From Lenisia limosa (taxonomy: Eukaryota; Protista; Breviatea): DNA of 43,017 bases. The notes under the pieces are model-generated. The model saw only the letters and a program-made list of their open reading frames with translations, did not search any database and was not told the DNA's origin. The first letter of the stretch is position 1. Every line of letters starts with the position of its first letter. The position numbers and the translations under genes were made by a program. Shown here piece by piece: positions 11,282-21,000 of this stretch. The stretch spans positions 1-43,017 of the forward strand of contig LPNZ01011560.1 in NCBI GenBank assembly GCA_001655205.1. The letters are read 5' to 3'.

Positions 11282-14200
11282 CTAAGACTGATGATGCTGT
11301 TTCGCCAAGAAACGCGCGTATTCTTCACTGTTTTGGACAGGGGCTGAATTAGATAAGCGTCTGAGTTGAGAGAAATATACGACCATCACCAAGCCTACCG
11401 AGAGGCCTGAATGCCACTTTCGAGGGGCTTGGAGCGTAGTCACGACCTCGCTGCCACCTGGGCTATGATCCAAGAAACCAAATCATCAGGAATGGGCATA
11501 GTATAGTTGTAGCATACTGCTGGTGTTGGTCTTGGAAAGACTGTCCGTTGTTGGCTTGCACGTTTTGAGGCTGGATCATCAGTAAGGCAATTCCATTAAA
11601 CTCAGAAAGGGGGACGTACCTGGGACAATGGGTGGTTCTGAGGTGCGAACTCCTGGGAGGGCCTTCGACCTCGTGACCTGATGGGTAAGATGTCAATGTC
11701 ATATGGAGGAAAAGTAATAGCTTAAAAAATGACGTTATCGTTGATATAACGTCTAATCTTGTATATTATGCAGTAAATGAATAATGACATTACAAAAATG
11801 TACTATTTTCAAGGCTGTAGTCCAATTGTGAGACAAGATATTCCTGTTGATGGTAAAAAAAGATTTATTTTGTCTATACACGGACCCCCATGCGATATAT
11901 TATGAACATGTAGTATCTCTTGTCAGGTTAGTAACTCCATACCCAGACTTACATATGTCGTTCTTCAGGGTAGTACGGCCCATCTTGCTGTTGAACGTGG
12001 GCGTAGGCATTGTGGATCTATTGTATTAAATAGGGGTGGTGGTGCAAAACGGGTAGTTGGTCACATACTTGCGGAGGTTGGATCGGTTCCGGACCAACAG
12101 AGGTTGTGAGATGAGTTTGCCCCAAAGGTCGGACAGGTATGTTCTATAAGGTTAGATACCACAATAACAAGAATCTACTTCGGCGACATTGTAACCCACA
12201 TGGATAGACGCTGGGGACACGGGGCGATATTGTGAACGGTCGGTGGGGGTGTCTATTGTTCGTTGGCTGACAGCCGACTTCTCTCTTGTCGTTTCACTGT
12301 CTCGAGAAACCTCTCGTCTGAAGAGTTACGTAATGAAACGACATCGCTTGTTGTCAGTGGCACGTGACCTACCCGAACAGAGGTCCCGGGAATCTTGGAG
12401 AGGGCCCGGAGGCATTAAGCTCCTGCTTCACCATGTTTTGAACGTAAGGTCCTAGGCCCTCCATGTATTTACCTGCGAACAAATAAGCAAGAGATCCAAT
12501 ACCCCGATTATACAAAAGTGCCAGTTTTTTTTAATAAAGCACAAGGAAGGTATCCGGACCTATTTCGGCATGGCTGTGATTGATATCTTGCTGCAGCACT
12601 TGACGCTGTTTTGACACAATCTCGGTGGCCAACTCCGCCATCTGAAAGGTAAATACGAGAAAGGACGGCGAACCTCAAGACGACGTTGTGATGAGTCTTC
12701 TTTTGGTTCATTTTGACGGGCAAGTTGTGCAGTGAGGAGCGTCAGAATTGTGTCCAACTAAATTGTAATAACACTCAAGCGGCATGCTATTGCACTGAAA
12801 ATGCTCTTACATACCTGGGGTGAGGAATTGGAAGGAGAGGGTTGTGGCGGTGTGTTTTGAGCAACCTGTATGGTTTCGAGTAACCTTGACAAGTCCTGGG
12901 GAGCAATGGCATACCCGGCCTGGGCGGTCAATATGAAAGGGCATCAAAGCAGGTAAAAAAAGCTGCCACTGATATGTATATCAAAGGTAACGTTTTCATT
13001 GATTCCAACAACTTTCAAACTCCGGATTGGTTCCATATATTATTCGAACTAGCATTTTTTTGACAACCAGGTTACCTCGGCTCTTGAATGAAGACTCGAA
13101 ATGAGGTCGGCAGCCTGGGAGAACCTGGGAGATGCGGGGGCTGACCCGTGATGTAGGGGGGAGGACGGTCGGCTCCGTCTACCCCCAGCCTGGGTTACTG
13201 TCAAAGTGGAGCAAGAGATATCACGACAGACAAGGTATCAGATATCGACAATAATCTGAGTACAAAACACATTGAATTGCGAAATCTGTTAACTTCAAAC
13301 CTCGTATCGAAGCTCCTGGGAGTAGGGCTGGTTGTGGAGTTGTTGGTGGGATGGGTAAGTGGACTGGTGGTATGGGGCCTAAACCAGTCAATGCCATTGC
13401 CTCACGTTGTATTGAAAAGGTCGAATTTGGATGAGTGTTAAAGCCACATTGCTCCACCCACTGAAAGAGGATTGTGACTCTGGGTAGCGGCTGGAGGAGC
13501 CTGAAACGGGTGAAATATATAGTATATCATATGTTGAACCACTTAACGTGGAGCAAATAAAAAATGACGAAATGGAACAGCAACTTGCCTTGAAATGCCG
13601 GATAATACCTGTAGGGTTGAGGGTGATTGTGTTTGCTGAACTTGAGTAGGCATGGTGTGGAGCTGGTTCAATGAGAAAAGAGCCAACACAGGTGAACAAC
13701 TGTATTAGTAACCTACTCTGTTCACGCCCGGGGATTGGGAGTCTCTTAGCGGCAAATGTGGCACGGATGAAGAGACATTCATATTCCGTGGTACAGTTAA
13801 GGAGGTTCGGGAGACATTGCTAGAGGGTGGCAGCTTGTTACGTGATGGGCTGGCTTGGTCCGCTGAAGATGTTATTTCAGCAGTACATACATATCATATG
13901 CAATGGTGCAATACAAAACACCGACCATACCGGGGGAGAAGGATGGCGGAGTCGCATCACTCATTCCTCTGGGCCTGCCATCAGGCAAATGTCCACTGCT
14001 GGCTGCTCGAGCCATGGCCTTGAAACGTTAGTCTGTCCCCCTTGTTTCTCAATGAATATGCGTTGGTTATCCGACGGTTTTATCTACTGAAGAAACGATT
14101 GCCCAACCTTGACAACGGAATGTTCGGGATGGTTACTCAAGTGATCCGTAAGTTGCCGACGGAGTGAAATGACCTAAGGCATTATATGCCGCAATCTATG

Positions 14201-17200
14201 AAGACACCTACCTGTTTCTCAACCTTTGTGACAAGCTTGTTGGCTTCCTCGGCCACCCGGACAGCACCATGGGCAACGGTCGTGTCAGCCTTGTCCTCAC
14301 CCCACCTCTCCACTTCCTGTGCAAGGATCTCAACCTGGTCTGAAAGAGCTGACAACTAAGGTGTTAAGGGGCTCAAATTGGAGAAGCTTTGTAAAACAGA
14401 ATTCAAGAAATATCATTTATCGGTCATCCAAACCAATGAGCCCCATAGTTGCTTCCTCTTTAGTTCACGCCAAACCTTAGTGTCAACATCTCCTTCAGGT
14501 AGTTCTCCAAAGATGCGGTTGACTGGTTTCTAAACTGTAAGAGAAGCATGCAGTTGAGATGCACTGTGAAAATATGAGAAAAATATCAAATTTAGAGGAA
14601 TATTCCGCTCACCACAAAAGTTCCTGAGATGTGCCGATTTAATTGATCATCTAATGAGTCAAATGGTGAAAATGATAAATAAATAAATAAAATGGGAGCA
14701 CTACTAAGAGGAAGCCAACGAACATAAAGAATAAACATAAGAGATATTTGAAATAATATAATCTTAATGATGGAAGGTAGTTGATTTTGGGTAAAATAAT
14801 ACCTTCCAAAGTGTAATATTATGGACAGATTCGACCAGATACAGGCATATAAACCTCTTTAAATATTTCCAAAACTTGACACTACCAGCTTCATCATTCG
14901 CATCTCCTGCCACTTGGAGCTTCAATGACGAAATCTCCTACAGAATATTAACAGATGAACCTTCGAACTGGACGGAATTCCCAGTCACCTGCTTCAGCTC
15001 AGCAGCCCAGGCCGGGAGGGAACTGGAGTCGCTAGTTCCTGAAATGCCACCAGAAGACATGACCTATATCATGACAACTTCAGATACTTGTGATCTAGGC
15101 TACTCCAATAAGCACCTTACCAGTTCTGTTGTGCTTGTGGGAACCTAAAAAGTGAAACTGGCTTGAAAGGGTGAATCCTACATTGTCTGAAGATGGAGTC
15201 ACTTCAGCTTTAGCTGGGGCTTGTGGCAACTTATTAATTCTTGAATGATCAAGGATTAAGGATAAATAAATCATTTTCTTCAACCCTGTGATATGCTCAT
15301 ATGTCCGACTTTCGAGTCGAAATGATGAACGAAAGGGTTCATTTCGAGTGATTCAGAGTATCATTGAAATTATCATACGAGTGTGAAAACGCCCCAAAAA
15401 GTGATATGATAGCAACACCCACTTTTCATTGAGATTGTTTTCAATTGCTTCAATCTGTCCCAATGTCACTGCAGACTGAATGGTCAATTGTCAAAAACGC
15501 ACAAAAGCAAAGCACCTGAGCAGAAGTCTCCAAGGCCTGAAGGCGCTCACTCAAGGCTGACGGTAAAAGTATGGCAATCGAGCGTGCAACCTGAGTTGTG
15601 ATCAAGAGGAAGCTGTTCAAAATCAAATATTCTATTGTTTGTTTTGTTTTTTAATTATATGTCCCATTTTTATTGAGTACAATAATATTAATTGTGTGTT
15701 AATTGAATACAATGATGCCAGTATAGAATAAAGTATATTAGGACTTGGTAGCCTAAGGAGCCCAACCTCATCTTGAACAACTTGTTGAATCACATCAAAT
15801 GAAGGCATTTCAAGCTTGGCAGCTTGGGTGTCCGGAGCTGGGGCAACTGATGGTTCTTCAAAGAGATAAATCAACATTTTATCATCGAATCTAAAGACCA
15901 GTGTCCCTTTTACCGCTTTCTGTCTCAACATGCTTCAACTTGTCTCTGAATACATGAGAGGTAGTTCACCCTTGGGGTGTCATAGAGTTACACCATAGAT
16001 AGCACCCCTACTTTGCGGCATTTGCCTGCATTGAAGCAAGGGCAATCTTCAGCCTGGACACATCCTCGTTCTGTCAACCGTTAACAGCCACCACTGTATT
16101 GTTCCAAAAAGATATAATCCAGATTTGACTTTTTCAACCCTGAACATCCCAAACACCTTGGCAAAGGCAGCAGGCGGAGAAGCCATAAAGCCGGCAATCC
16201 GAGCCTCCAAACGACCCAATCGGTCGGTCAACTGAATGTCACTCCAGTAAATCAACAATCCTGAGCAAATTCAGGAACTTACCTCAGTAATTGATCCGGA
16301 TTCACTGGTTGATGCCTGTGGCGTAAAAAATGATAGCTCACCACCACAACATCTAGAGAATTTACATCACAAACCAGTTTATTTTGAAGGTCTTCGATTT
16401 CCAGAGACTTCTGCTGGATTGTCTCTTGAAGAGACTTGATAGAGTTCTCCAGTCCAGTCATATCAACTGCTGCTGACGGCTGAATATACAGTAAATCTCG
16501 CAAGACTTCAACCCAAAAACCCTGCCTCCTACTGCATCTGAGATGGCCTTCTCAACTTCCTTCTTGGCTTGGTCTATCATCTTCTTGACCATTGTCTCAT
16601 TGACAGAGTCGCCACTGTCAATTTTTGTAGTTGCGAGTAGTTCCTACCATTGGGTTACAAATTGCAAGGTTCAAATTCAGGTTTCCTTGTGGTGTGGTAC
16701 CAGCCCCCCGTACACATAGTATATCATATATACACAGTCAAGCTTCAGGACAAACCTTGATTTTCTTCTCAGCGTCCGGCAATTTCTTATCAATCAGTCG
16801 GTTTGCAATGAGAATGGCCCGACTCAGCTTTTTGAACTCAGGGTCATCTGAGACTTTGGACTGGAGGGGGGGGGGGTAATGAGATGAGAATAATCATTTT
16901 GACTTTAATGAAAACCAAAGAAATGGTCAACCAACATATTTTCCAATATCGCCTCTCCACTATTCAACTTAACCAAGCAAAACAAAATATTCTAGCATCC
17001 AAGCTCTTTATCCAATAATATGCAAACGATTTATGTATCACTGTATGGGTTTCAGTACACACACACACACACACAAAGGATAGATGGCCAATTATATTTG
17101 AGGCACAAGATGGCTGATGGTAATGAATACCAAGGTATCCCCAATCCCCACCTGCGCCGTTTTGGCGGCATCCTGCAGGTCACTCTGCGCTGCCCTAATA

Positions 17201-17990
17201 GCCGCTTCCGCTTCTTCTGCCGCGGAAACCTTGGTGGTAAACAATCTTGTTCAAAAAAAAAAAAAAAAAAAANNNNNNNNNNNNNNNNNNNNNNNNNNNN
17301 NNNNNNNNNNNNNNNNNNNNNNNNNNNNNNNNNNNNNNNNNNNNNNNNNNNNNNAAGAATAACAACTAGTGCAAATTTTGTAACTTTGTTTAAAATCAAA
17401 TTCAAAGCATTCGGTTGTAATGACATTTTAACACAGAGCAAAAAATAACGTTCATACCATGACTGATCAGGAGGGAGTACTTCCAAGTACTTTTCCGCTT
17501 GTTTCACGACTAAATAGGCTATATCTATATATTATTGTTGAAGAGTTGAAGAGAGTGAACTAACTGCGTAAAGGGTAGAAGACAAGACCTTCACCTTGAA
17601 GGATTCAACAAGATTAATACCCTCCCAAGTTAAGGACCGGGTTCACTTGTGGTTCGCCAGATACTATTATTTTTACTCAGGGTGAAACGGTAAAATGAGG
17701 GGGTAGGTGGGTTATTCACAAAAACAGGATCGCAAGGGATCGCCCACTACCTTTCCTTAATTTTATTTCGTTTTGTTCCTTTCCTGATTTCCCTAGGACA
17801 AAAAAAGCGGTAGCTGCGAAACGATATCCCATGTTTCATTGTTTTCGGTACTAGTACCCCCCCCCCCNNNNNNNNNNNNNNNNNNNNNNNNNNNNNNNNN
17901 NNNNNNNNNNNNNNNNNNNNNNNNNNNNNNNNNNNNNNNGGGTTGCCATCGGGCCATCAACACCAGTTCAACACCCTGGCTTTAGCATAC
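11282..17990 (-). CDS. Large many-exon orphan protein: N-terminal coiled coils and a long Pro/Ser/Gln-rich disordered tail; start codon unresolved
   Basis: Chain of GT-AG-bounded open exons: AEEAEAAIRAAQSDLQDAAK; DPEFKKLSRAILIANRLIDKKL; GLENSIKSLQETIQQKSLEIEDLQNKL; DRLGRLEARIAG; LSDQVEILAQEVERW; then QASPSRNKLPPSSNVSR and PIPPVHLPIPPTTPQP. May be more than one gene. Confidence 0.6.
15288..15411. repeat. Intronic dispersed repeat, copy B (shorter, opposite orientation to copy A)
   Basis: Colinear with the reverse complement of 3381-3557, with internal deletions. Confidence 0.85.
17057..17074. repeat. (AC)n microsatellite, intronic
   Basis: Directly visible run of about 9 AC units. Confidence 0.9.
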
Positions 17991-18064
17991 AATAATGAGT
18001 TGCATTTGATGAATGCAATTGCTCACTGCATCTACCTACTCCGCAGAATTGATTGAGGACAACA

Positions 18065-21000
18065 ATGAACCTTTCAACCTCTGTTTTCCTTGGTACATTG
18101 TGAGTCTTTCTTATCATTTTGCACACTAACAATTCAGGTTGGCAACTGTAGGCCTGTATTTGCATTCAAAGTTTTCGAGACCATCCCAGCATACACAACC
18201 CGTCCACATCTCTTCTGAGCATAAGCACGAGTACTATCTTTTGGTTAGCCTGTCATGTGGTTGTGTTATTTCTTCATTATTTTTGTACAGGATGTTTACT
18301 CAAACAGAGAGTTGTGAGATTTTGTTTTACACCCCGCAGAACTGTGGACAAGACCTTCAACGCCTACGGAGGGTTTACATATCAGCTTTTCTTGCTGCTA
18401 GTGGTGAGCTTCTTCTCTCTTTCATTCTTTTGTATCTGGTAACGGTTTGTTACAATTCCTATCGTATGGGCTTGAGGGGACACAGTACAGGATATACAAA
18501 ACTTGCAATATATTCTTTGCACTGCAATAAGAAAAATTGTTCTTTGACACTCACTGTCTACAGCTGGGGAATGGGTTCAGGGAGGCTACCTCTATGCGCT
18601 CTATGACTCGTATGGACTTGGCAGGCATGAAATTGCGTTTCTCTTTGTTGTCGGCCACGCATCTAGTGCATTGCTCTCTTTTGTGGGTCTGGTATATTAA
18701 TCTTAACCTTCCTCGCTTTGGTTTGTTGAGATTATATTGTAAGATTGACAGTTGCATGGGAGGCAGCCCTGTGTATTTGTCTGACAGTTCAGCTTGCTGG
18801 TGCGTTAGCGGATCGCCTTGGTCGGAAGTTACTGTCAACGGCTGCCTGCTTCATCATGGCTGCTGCATGCATTTCAAAGGTTTCTTATCACAAAATTTTT
18901 TAGCCATTTCACTTTCCAGTTCTTTGCCGTATTTTGGGTGCTTCTTCTGGGACGCGTGTTTACGGGAGTCTCAACATCCATCTTGTTCACTGTCTTTGAG
19001 GCCTGGATGGTTGGGCAACATAATAAGGTAGCTTGGGGCTGTATTTGAGTACTTTCGGTTATACTGGAGGATAATTATTTGCGGCCGGGTTGCGCGATAG
19101 TTTCGTGATATCCCCCACTATTTTCTTGAGGAAATAAAAAAGTTGTCCAGGTTGAAGCGCAAATTTGATATAATGTGGAGTTTAGGGGACATACGAACCT
19201 CACCATGTCACCATTTTGTTGAAATCATGAAACCGTTAAAAACAAGTAGCAAAAAAAACATCCAGTTTGAGCTTTGAAACTATATCTGTTGTCGGAGATC
19301 GCAAATCAACCACCATACCAACTTGTCATCAACTGTTGAACTACAAAAAGAGAAAAAACAACTTTTTTTCATTCTTTAAATGTATTTGGATGACTAAGTT
19401 CAGTTCAATTGTTGAATTCATACGAAATTACATAAATGATATAGTACTGCCGCCGGGGCTCCGGTAAAAAATATTCTTCCGTTAACCCAAAAGAAAATCC
19501 CTCATAATACAGTCGATGTTCCCCCCAGGTGAGCTTGCCGTGACGTTTAGAACCGTAACGTCTGCCAACGGTTTAACAGCTGTTGGAATGGGCATCATGT
19601 CGAGCTTATTGGTTGGTTGGGCAGCTCTTTGTGAGATGGCGCTACTCCTTCTTTTAATTATTCTCATTTCCTTGTCCCCCTTACACATACTTGGCATTGT
19701 GGTGAGTGATGTGGGATGAAGCGTCTGGTCTGACCAATTAGGTGTCTGGAATAGGTATCTTGGCCCCATTTGCTGCTGGCACTGTTTTTGCGGTGGTTGC
19801 TGCCGGAATTATTACCATAGTGAGGAGGAGTGAAAGGGTGAGGCGCAGAATGCTGCGTTCAAATGAAATTGAACAATTTAGGATACAATAGTACATTTAT
19901 TATTTAAAAACAGAATATACTATATCATATGATATCATATGTATGTTATATCATGATAATTATATATATGCTATGATAGATTACATACTATTCTTATAAA
20001 TAGTAGAATATGATATGATATGATATGTTGCAAAGCATTTACATGTATATATAGCTAGGTGGATAATGCCAAAATTACTCGTCTGATTTACAGTCGTCAC
20101 CTACCCTTGAATCGCTAAAAAAGTGAAGAGGGCAGTCCATGCTGCCTGAGTCCTTTTTTATTTCTTTTTCAAAAACCCCTTCCTCATTTTAGCGATCACA
20201 TGGTCAATCGTTGTTTTCGGACCTATTGACAAAGTCCGACAACGAGAGATTTAGGCTGAGTTACAAAGCATTATGCTCGTCGGTGAAAAATGTAAAAATG
20301 CGACACCAAAAGTCTGACCAAAAAATAGTGTTGTAATCCGCCTGTTGTCATGCTCGGTTTATTTTATTTTTGTCAAAGGATTTTAGTTTTTGATGTCCGC
20401 AGACTTGGGAGGAGCATTTACCAGAGAAGAATAAGGAAGATGACCTCTCCGAATCATCCGACATATCTCCTTCAGGTTGGAGTTCTGTTCAGGTAACCGT
20501 CTCTGCCCTTCAGGGTGCAAATGACTGTGCATTACAACTTTTTGTCAGTATCCCTCAGAAAGGTTGCGTGAATCGCTCAGACCTAATATTGCCCACTTTT
20601 TGCCAATCAATGTGGATAACGCCTGCAGCATTCTCCAGCAGTGGCACCCCGGGTGAGCTGCAGCCCATCACGCCCCACTATCCAGTCATTGGGGAAACCA
20701 AGGACTTCTTGCCCGAACCGGAGTCACAAGGTATGCTCATTTCCCAAAAAATCCTTGTTTAGTCACTTGTCACTGTTCAGAGCTAAAGCAATCACTTCTT
20801 CGGTGGGATGAATCTAAAGGCCAGCAGACCCAATCAAATAAAACCTATCATTAGTGAATTATGTGAACTTCTCCTTGATGAATGTGATTATGTTGACAGT
20901 TTCGTCTGTAGTAACTGCGTTTCTTTACCTTTGTTCACCTCTCTTATTGCTTTTAGATTTACCCAGTCAAGCCAAGAGCAAACGCACCAAAGTGAGAACT

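Noticed and set aside
17020-17507. Long track ORFs crossing N runs (also 9808-10302 and 34281-34954)
   Set aside because: Their length is an artefact of Ns translating as X without stop codons.
17968-18165. Minus-strand ORF as the first exon of the large coiled-coil gene
   Set aside because: It overlaps the better-supported MFSD5 start (ATG 18065, signal/TM-like N-terminus), so the start of the minus-strand gene is left unresolved.
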